This document shows positions 26,992 to 37,586 of a stretch of 64,000 nt of DNA, in pieces (position 1 is the stretch's first letter; each line of letters begins with the position of its first letter). This DNA is from an uncultured Candidatus Binatia bacterium (lineage in GTDB: Bacteria > Desulfobacterota > Binatia > UBA9968 > JAJDTQ01): positions 64,001 to 128,000 of the forward strand of contig OZ244070.1 of assembly GCA_965215605.1 (NCBI GenBank), in the 5' to 3' direction. A program made the position numbers and the translations under genes. The notes beneath the pieces were generated by a model that saw nothing but the letters and a program-made list of their open reading frames with translations, searched no databases and was not told the DNA's origin.

Positions 26992-28134
26992 TTAGAACCC
27001 GTATAACCGCGCCGGGTTGCTCTCCAGAATTGCCCTTTTGCCCGATTCGCTCACGTCGTCCCGCTCGCGCAGCGTCCTGGCGGCGTAGCGCTCCCGGTCG
27101 GAGTGGGGCATGTCGGAGCCGAAAACGATCTGGCCCTCCCCCACCAGGTCCATGACCTGGGGCAGCATGTCGTCCTCCACTTCCGCGCTCCAGTACAGGT
27201 TGCCGCGCTTCAGGTACTCATTGGGCTCGGCGGCGGCGTTGACGTGGATCTGCGGGTAGAGGTTCGCCAGCCGGTGGGCATGCGGGTACCGGTGTTTGAG
27301 ACGGTCGAGGACGAACGGGATCCAAAGGCAGCCCGCCTCGAGGAAGACCACCCGCAGGTTCGGGAATCGGTCCAGGAGGCCGCCGGTCATGAAGGCGACG
27401 AACCCCATCAGCAACGGCATGGTGAACGCCGTGATCCAGGAGGGGTACAGTTCGCTGTAGAGGTTGTTGAGCGACGGGCACGACCATCCCACGTGCACGC
27501 CCAGGGTCAGGTCCGTCTCCGCCATGGCCTCGTAGAAGGGCAGGAACATGGGGTTGTCCAGCATGCGGTCACCGGCGGTCCCCAGCACCATGATGGCCGA
27601 GGCGCCGAGGCTCTTGGCCTCGTACACGCCATGCACCGCCCCGGACACGTCTTCCAGATTGACGACCCCGGCCCACTTCAGGCGCTCGCAACCAGACAGC
27701 GTGTCGCCCATCCAGCGGTTATAGGAAGAACACAGCGCTGTCATGAGCGCGGGATCCGTGGTCAACGGATAGGCCAGGAAGAGCGTCGGAAAGATCACCT
27801 GGACATCGATGTCCTCCGCGTCCAGCGCCTCGAGACGAGCATTGAGATCCGTCAGCTCCTGGCTGTCCAGGCTATCCAGGTTCTTCCCCTCGATCAGCGC
27901 CCCATGACGCGTGGACTTGCCATCGACCCGGGCCGGGGTGCTGAAGTTGTTGCAGCCCAGCCCCGACCGCCGCGGAACCACCTGCTCGCCGATCATCCAG
28001 TAGTACATCCCTCCCGAACCGACGATTGCCGGCCGCCGGTCCCGGAACGCCGGGTCCATGTACTTGTCGTCAAAGGTCGCGGGGCACTCGTTCACGTGTC
28101 CGTCTGCATCAATGACTCGCATAGCCGTACCCAT
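26992..28134 (-). CDS. Amidohydrolase_2 family protein
   Basis: IDADGHVNE, YNRW, FPNLRVVFLEAG..W, FGSDMPH. Confidence 0.88.
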   Translation of the reverse strand: MGTAMRVIDADGHVNECPATFDDKYMDPAFRDRRPAIVGSGGMYYWMIGEQVVPRRSGLGCNNFSTPARVDGKSTRHGALIEGKNLDSLDSQELTDLNARLEALDAEDIDVQVIFPTLFLAYPLTTDPALMTALCSSYNRWMGDTLSGCERLKWAGVVNLEDVSGAVHGVYEAKSLGASAIMVLGTAGDRMLDNPMFLPFYEAMAETDLTLGVHVGWSCPSLNNLYSELYPSWITAFTMPLLMGFVAFMTGGLLDRFPNLRVVFLEAGCLWIPFVLDRLKHRYPHAHRLANLYPQIHVNAAAEPNEYLKRGNLYWSAEVEDDMLPQVMDLVGEGQIVFGSDMPHSDRERYAARTLRERDDVSESGKRAILESNPARLYGF

Positions 28135-28199
28135 TGCCGATTCCCGCCTTCAAGTCAAGACGACGCGGAAGATACCACCATGTACGCCCGAGGAGGCAT

Positions 28200-28322
28200 C
28201 CGATCCCGGAAGAACACCACCCGTTCGACCGGGGCTTGGTATCGCAAGCCATCCTGAACGGCATGACCATCGTGACTCCCGACGAAGCCATCGGCCGTTA
28301 TCCGGCGCCGGTTCTCTGGTAG
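28200..28322 (+). pseudogene. C-terminal remnant of a VapC (PIN) toxin
   Basis: HHPFDRGLVSQAILNGMTIVTPDEAIGRYPAPVLW* resembles the HHRDPFDR.LVAQA...LVT.D....Y....LW end of VapC; no N-terminal half or antitoxin seen. Confidence 0.7.
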
Positions 28323-28402
28323 CGCGCACTCCCCTCCCCGCTCTTTCCGGTCTCACGGGATCGTGTTACGCTCCCGCCCATCATCACCAGCCGGGAGGAC
28401 CC

Positions 28403-29137
28403 ATGCAGCTCATCGAGCGCTTGTTCAACACAAAGGACCACGGCATCGCCGGGTTCCTGGCGCATCCGCAACGGACGGAGCCGGGGCCGGCCCTTCTGCT
28501 GATCCACCCGAAGGGTGGATTGACGGACTACATCAAGATCGAGGCGCGGAAGTTCGCCGCGCTGGGCTACAGCACCTTTGCGCCGAACGTCTTCGAGCAA
28601 CTGGGATATCCGGAGCCCACTCACATCGTCAGCGGCGCCGAGATCCAGGCGAAGACGTCAGACGACCAGTTCGACGCAGCGCTCACCGAGAGCTGGCGCT
28701 TCCTGCTGTCCCAGCCCCACGTGGACAACAAGCGGGTGGCGGTGTCCGGCTACTGCATGGGCGGGCGCATCGCCATCAACTTCGTCGCGGCGACCCCGGA
28801 GGTACGGGCGTTCGTCGGCTACTATCCCACGGTGCGGGACGAGCCTCCCACGGACATGCGGCCGATTCCGCCGTGGGAGAAGGCCAGGACCATCCGTTGT
28901 CCTTCCATCAACATCTACGGGGCGGACGACGTGGTCACCAACATCGCGGTCCAGGACAGGATGATGTACGCGTTCCGGGAGAACGGCCAGCCGTTGGAAT
29001 GGCACTTCTTGCCGTTCGGCGGGCACGGGTTCGTGGATCCGGGCGCGGTGGGCTACCACGCCCACGCCGCCGAGCTGGCCTGGCCCATGGTCGCGGACTT
29101 CATGGAGCGGGAGTTGCAGTGGGCCCCCGAGCCCTGA
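28403..29137 (+). CDS. Dienelactone hydrolase family protein
   Basis: GYCMGG nucleophile, GADD, GHGF; GGAGG SD. Confidence 0.9.
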   Translation: MQLIERLFNTKDHGIAGFLAHPQRTEPGPALLLIHPKGGLTDYIKIEARKFAALGYSTFAPNVFEQLGYPEPTHIVSGAEIQAKTSDDQFDAALTESWRFLLSQPHVDNKRVAVSGYCMGGRIAINFVAATPEVRAFVGYYPTVRDEPPTDMRPIPPWEKARTIRCPSINIYGADDVVTNIAVQDRMMYAFRENGQPLEWHFLPFGGHGFVDPGAVGYHAHAAELAWPMVADFMERELQWAPEP

Positions 29138-29143
29138 AACGTC

Positions 29144-29638
29144 ATGGCCCGGTTCGTATCGGACAGCCTTCCCGACGACGCACTGGCGCTGCTGCGGCCC
29201 GGCAACCTCGCCGCGAAGCAGGGGCGCGTGGTCCAGATCATCACCGTGGACGATGAGGGCTGGGCCAACGCCGGCATGCTGGGCTACGCCGACGTCATCG
29301 CCAGGGACGGCGGCAACCTCAATCTCGCGACCTGGGGCGACGGGGAATGCGCCACGGATCTCAGACGGAACGGCCGCGTCACGCTGCTGGTCATCGACGA
29401 TGACATGGCCTACTACGTCAAGGGCCTCGCCCGGGAAGTTCAGGTTTCAGGGGACGTTCTCACCGACGTGAACGACGGCGGCGGGCATTCCGCCCTGGCC
29501 TACTTCCACATCGCCGTTCAGGCGGTATTCGAGGACCGCATCCCCACCGCCCGGGTGCTGGGCGGGGTCACCTTCGAAGGCTCGGAATCCGAGCAGGAGG
29601 CGCACGACGCCATCCTGAAGAAGCTCGCGTCCATATAG
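29144..29638 (+). CDS. Pyridoxamine 5'-phosphate oxidase-like split-barrel protein
   Basis: ITVDDEGW, DLRRNGRVTL, YYVKG pattern. Confidence 0.7.
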   Translation: MARFVSDSLPDDALALLRPGNLAAKQGRVVQIITVDDEGWANAGMLGYADVIARDGGNLNLATWGDGECATDLRRNGRVTLLVIDDDMAYYVKGLAREVQVSGDVLTDVNDGGGHSALAYFHIAVQAVFEDRIPTARVLGGVTFEGSESEQEAHDAILKKLASI

Positions 29639-29655
29639 AAACCCGTCCCATTCGC

Positions 29656-30600
29656 ATGTCCCAGCGAGTATCCTTCGGTGTAACCCCCATCCAGACCGGG
29701 GTCGACTTCGACCATATCCGTGACGTGGCGCTCCGGGCGGAGGAGTTGGGCTTCGACTCGGTGTGGCTCAACGATCACTTCTTCACCTCCAGGCTGTTCC
29801 ACCCGCTGCCGCCGCCCACCGCCCCCTTCTACGAGTCCTGGGTCACCCTCTCGGCGCTGGCGGCGTTGACCCAGAGAGTCCGCATCGGCACTCTCTGTTC
29901 CAACGTGTCCTTCCGCAATCCCGCGCTGCTGGCCAAGATGGGCGCGTGCCTGGACGTCATCAGCGGCGGAAGGCTGGAGCTGGGCCTGGGCGCCGGCTGG
30001 TTCGAGGAGGAGCACGCCGCATACGGCTTCGCCTTCCCGGACATGGCGCAGCGGGCGCGGCAGTTGACGGAGGCCGTGACCATCATCAAACGCATGTGGG
30101 CGGAGGAGACGGTGACCTTCGAGGGCAGGCACTTCCGTACGGACAACGCCTACTGCAGCCCCAAGCCGGTCCAGTCGCCCCGTCCGCCCATCACCATCGG
30201 CGCCCGGGGATCGCGGACGATGCTGCGGGTGGCGGCGCGGTGCGCCGACCGGTGGAACATCCAGACGCCCATCAGCCCGGCGCAGTACCGGAGGAAGCTC
30301 GGTTTCCTCGAAAGACACTGTGAGGAAGCCGGCCGCGATCCCGAAGGGATAGGGCGCTCGCTGTGGGCCGGCACCGTCATCGGGCGGGACCAGCAGGAGT
30401 TCGAACGCGCTGCCGAGGCCCTGGAGCTTCCGCATACCGCGTATCTCGAGGCTCGCATCTCGGGAACCCCCGAACAGTGCATCGAACACATCCAGGCATT
30501 CGTGGAGCTTGGCGTGACCGAGTTCATCCACTACTTTACTTATGAAGAGCGCTTGAGCGTAGAGCTGTTCGCGACGGAAGTGATACCGGCGTTCCGGTAA
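29656..30600 (+). CDS. LLM-class (probably F420-dependent) oxidoreductase
   Basis: GFDSVWLNDHF, ESWVTLSALA, RNPALLAKM, ISGGRLELGLGAGW, PKPVQ. Confidence 0.9.
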   Translation: MSQRVSFGVTPIQTGVDFDHIRDVALRAEELGFDSVWLNDHFFTSRLFHPLPPPTAPFYESWVTLSALAALTQRVRIGTLCSNVSFRNPALLAKMGACLDVISGGRLELGLGAGWFEEEHAAYGFAFPDMAQRARQLTEAVTIIKRMWAEETVTFEGRHFRTDNAYCSPKPVQSPRPPITIGARGSRTMLRVAARCADRWNIQTPISPAQYRRKLGFLERHCEEAGRDPEGIGRSLWAGTVIGRDQQEFERAAEALELPHTAYLEARISGTPEQCIEHIQAFVELGVTEFIHYFTYEERLSVELFATEVIPAFR

Positions 30601-30669
30601 AATCCTGGTGTGGGACCCCACAAGAACGTTTCCGGGGACGCCGCACCACCTGCTCAAGGAGAATACGAA

Positions 30670-32424
30670 ATGGCACAAAACGCTGAGTCAGCCGGCCTCC
30701 CGGCCCAAACGGACCTTTCGGCGGATGTGGTCATCGTCGGATCGGGGGCCACGGGGCTCCCCGCGGCCATCGTGGCGGCGGATGTCGGGGCGTCCGTGCT
30801 GGTGGTGGAAACCAACTACGACGTGGGCGGGCACGCCATCCTGAGCGGCGGCAACGTGCCGCTGGGGGGCGGCACCAGCGCCCAACGGAAATACGGCATC
30901 GAGGACTCGCCGGACACGGTCTTCGCCGACCTGACGGACTGGTCGGTGGTGCAGGTCAACGGCTTCCCCGACTATCGCTACAGCGACCGTGCGGTGATCC
31001 GGGCGTTCGCCGACCATTGTGCGGAAACCTATGAATTCCTGGTGGCCAACGGCGTGAAATTCAAGGAGGTTCCGCCCGACAGCCAGGGCGCCCACTCCAC
31101 CGGCAACTCGGCGCATCGGGAGAACCATACCTTCTGGGAGCACGGCGCCGGCCTGGCCAGTCCCAACGGCCGGCCCGGCACCGGACTGGTGCGGCCGCTG
31201 GAACTCCGCGCCCGGGAAAAGGGCGTGAAGTTCCTGCTGAACTACAAGATGTCCGGGATCGTCCGAGAGGGCGCGCCGGGCCAGCCTTCCGGGCGGGTCC
31301 TCGGCATCACTGCCGAATACACCCCCACGGTGATGCCCGGCGCCGCGACCCCGCTGCGAAGCTACCGCTCCGAGGGCAACATCGACCGCAGCGAACCGAG
31401 CCTGACCATCCGCGCCCACAAGGCCGTCATCGTCGCCACCGGCGGCAGCACCAGCAATATCCACTTCCGGCGCATGTTCGACCCGCGGCTGACCGAGGTC
31501 TACCAGGTCGCCGGCGAGCCCTATTCCTACCAGGACGCCAGCGGCGAGCTCGCCGCCATGGCCGTGGGCGCTTCGCTCTGGGGCCTGGCGAACCAGGTCC
31601 TGGAGAACGGCGACAACATCCGGGTGCAGCGCGCCCTGGGCACGCGCTGGAACTACTTCCCGTGGAAACTGGAGAGCCCCATCTTCCCGCTCGTGCGCGC
31701 CGCGGGCCTGGCCGTCAAGGACTGGCACGACCTGATCCTGGTGAACCAGGTGGGCGAACGCTTCTACGACGAGACCCAGGGAGACTACCCCGAAGGCAAC
31801 AAGCACAAGGACATCGACCCGTACACGCCCGGCGATCACCGCAACACCCACGTCGAATACGATCCCCACCACTCCAACTTCTTCAACGCCGCGGTGGCCA
31901 TGAACGCGGGCTCCAAGGCGCCCGACTACTCGGGCGGGCCGGTATGGGCCATCTTCGACTCCGACGCCGTGGAACGTGAAGGCTGGAAGGTCACCCCGCC
32001 GTACGTCGACCCGGACGGCTACTTCTTCACCGCCGACACCCTGGCGGACCTCGCCGCCGCCATCGAGAACCCCTGGCAGGCCGCGCCCATGACCGGAACG
32101 GCCCTGGAAGAAACCGTACGCCGTTACAACAGCTTCGTGGATTCCGGCACCGACGAGGACTTCGGCAAGCCCTCCCCCAGGTACAAGATCGAGAAGCCAC
32201 CCTTCCATGCTGCTTGGGGAACCCCACTGGTCCACGACAGCCGCGCCGGCCTGCGCATCAACGAGAAGTGCGAGGTGCTGGACATGAACGGCCAGATCAT
32301 CCCCGGCCTCTACTGCGGCGGCGAGTCCGCCGGCGGCTTCAACCAGCACGGCATGGGCCGCTGTACCGTGCAGGGGCTGATCGCCGGCAGGGAAGCGGCG
32401 GCGGAGGCCCCACACGGCCTTTGA
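30670..32424 (+). CDS. FAD-binding oxidoreductase (FAD_binding_2; flavocytochrome c/KstD-like)
   Basis: VGSGATG, GG.AILSGG, IVATGG, VNQVGERF, GLRIN, IPGLYCGGE. Confidence 0.85.
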   Translation: MAQNAESAGLPAQTDLSADVVIVGSGATGLPAAIVAADVGASVLVVETNYDVGGHAILSGGNVPLGGGTSAQRKYGIEDSPDTVFADLTDWSVVQVNGFPDYRYSDRAVIRAFADHCAETYEFLVANGVKFKEVPPDSQGAHSTGNSAHRENHTFWEHGAGLASPNGRPGTGLVRPLELRAREKGVKFLLNYKMSGIVREGAPGQPSGRVLGITAEYTPTVMPGAATPLRSYRSEGNIDRSEPSLTIRAHKAVIVATGGSTSNIHFRRMFDPRLTEVYQVAGEPYSYQDASGELAAMAVGASLWGLANQVLENGDNIRVQRALGTRWNYFPWKLESPIFPLVRAAGLAVKDWHDLILVNQVGERFYDETQGDYPEGNKHKDIDPYTPGDHRNTHVEYDPHHSNFFNAAVAMNAGSKAPDYSGGPVWAIFDSDAVEREGWKVTPPYVDPDGYFFTADTLADLAAAIENPWQAAPMTGTALEETVRRYNSFVDSGTDEDFGKPSPRYKIEKPPFHAAWGTPLVHDSRAGLRINEKCEVLDMNGQIIPGLYCGGESAGGFNQHGMGRCTVQGLIAGREAAAEAPHGL

Positions 32425-32482
32425 CAACCGCGTTCATTAACGGGATAAGAGGTTCATCAAGGGTTCAAAAGGAGGAACCGTC

Positions 32483-33616
32483 ATGGAACAAGCCATCATC
32501 TCGGCAGACTCGCATGTGATCGAAGTCCCGGACCTCTGGGAGAAGGGATTGCCGGCGTCCATGAGGGACCGGGCGCCCAAGGCCTACTTCGACGAGGGAC
32601 GCGACGCCTGGATGTTCGGATCGCCGGACGTGGTGCCGCAAGCCGTGGGCGGGCTGTTCATGGCGGGCCAGCGGCCGGAACAGGTGGAGGAGTTCCGCCG
32701 GGCGGGCTTCTCCGTGGCGCGGCCCGGCGGCTGGGACCCGGTGGAGCGCGTCAAGGACATGGCCCAGGACGGCGTGTCGGGTGAGGTCCTCTACCCCAGC
32801 CTCGGACTCGGATTCTTCTGCGTCGAGGACCCGTTGTTCCAGGAAGGCCTGTTCCGGACCTACAACGACTGGCTCATCGAATACTGCAAGGGCGCCCCAG
32901 ACCGGCTGTTCGGCGTTGCCCTGATCTCGGCCTTCGACATGGACCACGCCCTCGCCGAGATGGAACGCTGCAAGAAGGAAGGGATGGTCGGCACCCTGAT
33001 CTGGCAGGTGCCCCACAAGGACCTGCCGTTCACCTCGGACCACTACGAGCGGTTCTGGGCGGCTTCCCAGGACCTGGACATGCCGGTGCACCTGCATATC
33101 CTGACGGGCTTCGGCGACAGCATGCACCGCCAGACGGCCACGGGCATGAAACGCTACCGCATCGGCGTCGAGCAGACCCGGGAGATCGAGGACGCGCTCT
33201 TCGACGTCATCTTCTCCGGCGTGCTCGAGCGTTACCCCAGGCTCAAGATCGTCTCGGTAGAGAACGAGATCGGCTGGATCCCCTTCTGGCTCGGCCAGTG
33301 TGACAAGAACTTCCGGCGCCACCGCCACGCGCAGCCTTTGTCCATCGACAAGCCGCCCAGCGAATACTTCGCCCGGCAGGTCTACGCCACCTTCTTCAAC
33401 GACCACATCGGCGGGCGGCTGTTTTCCTGGTTCGGCGCGGACAACTGCATGTGGTCCAACGACTACCCGCACCAGAACTCGACGTGGCCCCACTCGCAAG
33501 ACGTCATCGCCCGGGACCTCGGCCCACTCGACGCCGCCGACCGCGCGAAGCTGCTCAACACCAACGTGGCGAGGCTCTACAACCTGAACGTGTCGCCGCT
33601 GATGAACGCGGCCTGA
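32483..33616 (+). CDS. Amidohydrolase_2 family protein
   Basis: ISADSHVIE, EVLYPS, YNDWL, YPRLKIVSVE..IGW, WSNDYPH. Confidence 0.9.
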   Translation: MEQAIISADSHVIEVPDLWEKGLPASMRDRAPKAYFDEGRDAWMFGSPDVVPQAVGGLFMAGQRPEQVEEFRRAGFSVARPGGWDPVERVKDMAQDGVSGEVLYPSLGLGFFCVEDPLFQEGLFRTYNDWLIEYCKGAPDRLFGVALISAFDMDHALAEMERCKKEGMVGTLIWQVPHKDLPFTSDHYERFWAASQDLDMPVHLHILTGFGDSMHRQTATGMKRYRIGVEQTREIEDALFDVIFSGVLERYPRLKIVSVENEIGWIPFWLGQCDKNFRRHRHAQPLSIDKPPSEYFARQVYATFFNDHIGGRLFSWFGADNCMWSNDYPHQNSTWPHSQDVIARDLGPLDAADRAKLLNTNVARLYNLNVSPLMNAA

Positions 33617-33661
33617 GGGCCATCAACACCTCTGCTGATCCAGCAATATCAAGGAGGAACC

Positions 33662-34675
33662 ATGAAAACATTCGTTCGCGCAGGCCTGTTACTCGTAACC
33701 GGAGCTCTTTGTCTCGCCGCGCCGCTGAACGCCCAGACGGCCCTGTCCCTGGGCACGTCGACGGTGGGCGCCCGGTTCCACATTCTCGCCGTTGGCATGG
33801 GCGATACCGTGAGCCGGAACTCCAACATCAGCGTCACCGTGGAGCCCATCGGCGGCAGCGACGCCAACGTGCGCGCATTGACGGCCAAGCGCATCGAGGT
33901 GGCGATGCTGAACTCGCTGGCGGGTACCCACGGCTACCACGGCATCGGATCGTTCAAGAAGGACGGCAAGGCGCCGTTGCGGCTGCTGTTCCAGGGCGGG
34001 CTCGGCGCCCGCGCCATCGTCGCCCGCGGCGACCGCGGCATCAACACACCGGCAGACCTCAACGGCAAGACCGTGCAGGGGAAGCGGAAATCGCTGGCGG
34101 ATCTCGAAGCCTTCACCCGCGCGATCATGCGGGTCTACGGCATCCCCGAGAACGGCGTGAAGATCCTCCGCCACGGCAATACCAACGAACAGCTCGAATC
34201 CCTCAAGCTGGGTGCGGCGGACGCGGCGGTAATGCCGTTCGGCAGCCCTCAGACGGGCTCGCCGCCGATCCGGCGCCTGGCCCAGGCCATCTCGCTCAAG
34301 GTCATCCCCATCCCCGCGGACAAGGCCGCGGAAATCCTCAAGGACCCGCGGCTTCAGGGATATCGGCAAGCCAAGATCGCCAAGGGCTCCATCAAGGGCC
34401 TCGATGCGGACGTGAATTCTCTGGCCGTGGGAACCTTCACCGCCACCCGTGCGGATATGGCGGATGACACGGCCTACACCTTCACCAAGGCGTTCTTCGA
34501 GAACCTGAAGCAGTTCTATCCGGTGCACGCCTCGGCGAAGCAGTACACGCTCGAGGGAAGTCTGGCCAATCCGACGATCCCGTTTCACCCCGGCGCCATC
34601 CGTTACTACAAGGAGATCGGCGCCTGGACGGACGCTCTGGCCAAGACTCAGAAGGATCTGCTCGCCAGCCAATGA
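33662..34675 (+). CDS. TAXI-family TRAP solute-binding subunit
   Basis: Signal peptide; GTSTVG, GGS.ANV, IPFHPGAIRYYKE. Confidence 0.92.
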   Translation: MKTFVRAGLLLVTGALCLAAPLNAQTALSLGTSTVGARFHILAVGMGDTVSRNSNISVTVEPIGGSDANVRALTAKRIEVAMLNSLAGTHGYHGIGSFKKDGKAPLRLLFQGGLGARAIVARGDRGINTPADLNGKTVQGKRKSLADLEAFTRAIMRVYGIPENGVKILRHGNTNEQLESLKLGAADAAVMPFGSPQTGSPPIRRLAQAISLKVIPIPADKAAEILKDPRLQGYRQAKIAKGSIKGLDADVNSLAVGTFTATRADMADDTAYTFTKAFFENLKQFYPVHASAKQYTLEGSLANPTIPFHPGAIRYYKEIGAWTDALAKTQKDLLASQ

Positions 34676-34722
34676 TCCGCTTGGTGCCGCCTTCGTGCGA
34701 TTGACGGCGGCCAAGGCACTCC

Positions 34723-36642
34723 ATGGCTGACATCGGATCCCCCGAACCGAGCCCGTCCCAGGACTCCCGTACGTCCTGGGATCGGGTCATCGATCTCCTC
34801 GCCTTCCTCACCGCCGTCTACCACCTCATCGTGGTGGGGCGGACCTTCATCTACCTGGGCATCTTCTATCCGACGCCCTTCCATCGGGCCGTGAGCCTTA
34901 CCTTCGCGTTGCTGCTGGCCTATCTCATCCGCATGCGCCGGCGCAGCGGCCGGGGCGCCGGCTTCTGGGCCGACCTGGGGCTCCTGCTCATGGCCATGGC
35001 GCCCCTGGGCTACATTATCTTCTTTTACGAGCACGTCACCGACTACGACGAATACGGCTTCCTCGACCTCGCCGGCATGGCCCTCGCCTTCTCCCTGGCC
35101 ATCTCCCTGCTGGTGGCGCTCAAGCGCGCCGTGGGCTGGGTGCTGGTGACCATCGTCTGCGTGTTCATGGCCGTGGCCCGTTACCAGAACATCCTGCCGG
35201 GCCTGCTGTTCGGCAAGGGTTATGCCTGGGACCGGCTGACCTACGCGGTGTACGTGCCCGGCGAGGGCATCTTCGGGGTGCCCCTGGGGGTGGCGTCCAC
35301 CATCGTCATGGTGTTCCTGATGTTCGCCCACTTGCTGCAAAGGGCCGGCGTGGGCGAGTGGTTCAGCGAACTGGCCATGGCCATCGCGGGCTGGACCCGC
35401 GGCGGCGCCGCCAAGACCGCGGTTCTGGCATCGGCGTTCTTCGGCACCATCTCCGGCTCGCCGTCGGCCAACGCCGCCACCACCGGAGCGGTGACCATCC
35501 CGCTCATGATACGGGCCGGCTACCGCCCGGGCTTCGCCGGCGCGGTGGAGGCGGCGTCGTCCGCCGGCGGCCAGATCCTGCCGCCGGTCATGGGCGCCAT
35601 CGCCTTCGTGATGGCGGACTTCCTGGGCGCGCCCTACTACCAGATCGCGCTGGCGGCCGCCGTGCCCGCTTTCCTCTACTTCGTCATCGTGTTCATGGGG
35701 GTGGACTTCGAGGCCGCCCGGCAGGGGTTGGCGGGAATGCCCCGAAGCGAGCTGCCGGCGCTGGGGGCGACGTTCAGGAAGGGATGGTTCTTCCTGCTGC
35801 CCATCGGCCTCATGATCTACCTGATGCTGGTGCAGAAGTTCGACCCGGACATGGCCGGTATCTTCAGCCTGCCGCTGCTGGTGGCGGTGAGCTTCCTGTC
35901 CAAGGACCGCGACAAACGGCTTTACCCCGAGAAAATCCACGGCGCCCTGGTATCGGCGGTGAAGGCATGGATCCCGTTGGCCATCCTCACCGCGGCGGTG
36001 GGCATGCTGGTGGCGGCGCTGGGGCTGAGCGGCCTGGGGACGAAGTTCTCCCGCGCGCTGGTGGACCTGAGCGGCGGCAACCTGCCCATCGCGCTGGCTA
36101 TGGTGGGCGTTGCCAGCCTGATCCTGGGCATGGGCATGGATTCCCTGCCCGCCTACATCACCGTGGCCACGCTGTGCGCGCCCGCGCTGGTGTTGATGGG
36201 CGTGCCCGACATCGCCGCGCACCTGTTCGTGGTCTACTGGGGGCTGGCGTCCCACATCACGCCGCCGGTGTGCGTGACCGTGTTCGTCACATGCAGCATC
36301 AGTGGCGCCGGGATCTGGGAAACCGGCAAGGACGCCGTGCGTCTTGCCATCGGCAAGTACCTGCTGCCGTTCTCCTTCGCGCTCCACCCCGCGTTGCTGC
36401 TGCAGGGGACCGCGGACGCCGTGCTGCTGGCGGCCCTGTCCGCCCTGGTCGGCGCCGTCAGCCTGTCGGCCGGGACCATCGGCTACGGGCTGATCCCGCT
36501 CACATGGCCCGTCCGGTTGGTGCACATCGCCGGCGGCGTGCTGCTGATCCTGCCGGGTTGGAACATGCTCGGGATGGGATCGGCGCTGGTGGCGGCGGGG
36601 TTGCTGATGCAATTGCGGGGATGGCGGGCGGCACGGGCCTGA
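34723..36642 (+). CDS. TRAP transporter fused 4TM/12TM permease
   Basis: GIFGVPLGV, GGAAK.AV.AS, GTISGS..AN, EAASSAGGQILPPVMGA, ITPPV. Confidence 0.93.
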   Translation: MADIGSPEPSPSQDSRTSWDRVIDLLAFLTAVYHLIVVGRTFIYLGIFYPTPFHRAVSLTFALLLAYLIRMRRRSGRGAGFWADLGLLLMAMAPLGYIIFFYEHVTDYDEYGFLDLAGMALAFSLAISLLVALKRAVGWVLVTIVCVFMAVARYQNILPGLLFGKGYAWDRLTYAVYVPGEGIFGVPLGVASTIVMVFLMFAHLLQRAGVGEWFSELAMAIAGWTRGGAAKTAVLASAFFGTISGSPSANAATTGAVTIPLMIRAGYRPGFAGAVEAASSAGGQILPPVMGAIAFVMADFLGAPYYQIALAAAVPAFLYFVIVFMGVDFEAARQGLAGMPRSELPALGATFRKGWFFLLPIGLMIYLMLVQKFDPDMAGIFSLPLLVAVSFLSKDRDKRLYPEKIHGALVSAVKAWIPLAILTAAVGMLVAALGLSGLGTKFSRALVDLSGGNLPIALAMVGVASLILGMGMDSLPAYITVATLCAPALVLMGVPDIAAHLFVVYWGLASHITPPVCVTVFVTCSISGAGIWETGKDAVRLAIGKYLLPFSFALHPALLLQGTADAVLLAALSALVGAVSLSAGTIGYGLIPLTWPVRLVHIAGGVLLILPGWNMLGMGSALVAAGLLMQLRGWRAARA

Positions 36643-36648
36643 GACGGA

Positions 36649-37374
36649 CTACACCATCTCCTCCAGCAGCCGCCCGTATCCCATCACCGACTCGTTGACA
36701 TGGAGCCGCTTCTGGATGGCCCAAACGCGGGCCGGAACCGGGTGCACCACCGGCACCTGCAGGTCCTGCTCCAGCAGTTCGATGATATCCAGCGTGCGCC
36801 AGCCGGAGCCGAGCATGTAGATGGCGTCCGCGCCCTTGTGCTTGAGGAACGCGTTGCGGATATGGGCGTAGACTTCCTGCCCGGCGAGCTTCCCCACTTC
36901 CTCGAACTCAACCGGGATGCCCTCCATGGCCAGCACATCGAACCCCGCCTCCACAAAATACTTTGCGAAGGTCTGGTTGATGTCGCCGGTGAAGTAGGTG
37001 ACCCCGAGGATCTTCTTGGCCTTGAGCGCCTTCAGGGCCTCGATCTGGGTCATGCCGGCGGTGACCATGGGGATCTTGTACTTGCGCTCCCAGGCCCGGA
37101 TGGTGCGTCGTTCGCCCTTGACTCCCTGGAACATGAACGGTGGCGCGCCTTCCGGGTGGATCAGGTCCACTCCGTAGCCGGCGAGTTGGGCCACCCGCTC
37201 CTCGTAGGCCTTCATGGCCTGCTGGAACTCGTCCGCGGTACCCCGCTGAAAGCCGATGAAGAGCGGTATGATGCCGATGCCCTCCGGCATCATCCGGATG
37301 AACTCCTCCAGGGACCCGGGCCGCATGGTCGGCTTGACCACGCCCACGGTGCCGCGCCAACTCGTATATGCCAT
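36649..37374 (-). CDS. Arylmalonate decarboxylase/maleate isomerase fold protein, Cys-free
   Basis: GAPPFM, EALKAL, YF.EAGFDV, YMLGSGW, LEQDLQVPV, GYGRLL. Confidence 0.82.
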   Translation of the reverse strand: MAYTSWRGTVGVVKPTMRPGSLEEFIRMMPEGIGIIPLFIGFQRGTADEFQQAMKAYEERVAQLAGYGVDLIHPEGAPPFMFQGVKGERRTIRAWERKYKIPMVTAGMTQIEALKALKAKKILGVTYFTGDINQTFAKYFVEAGFDVLAMEGIPVEFEEVGKLAGQEVYAHIRNAFLKHKGADAIYMLGSGWRTLDIIELLEQDLQVPVVHPVPARVWAIQKRLHVNESVMGYGRLLEEMV

Positions 37375-37586
37375 TCACGACTCCTTCTTGGTGGAAAATT
37401 GGACCTCTCGGACGCTAACCGAAGCTCCGCGGTTTTTCAACTCCACGGTCGCCACCGCTTCTGTGCAGGGCTTGAAACGGATCCATGATCGCGGCGCCTT
37501 GCCGGCGGCGGGAATTCCTGCGCATATTCTTGAGCGTATTCATGGCACCCATCACCGTCACCCGCCCGGGCAATCCGACCTGATCC

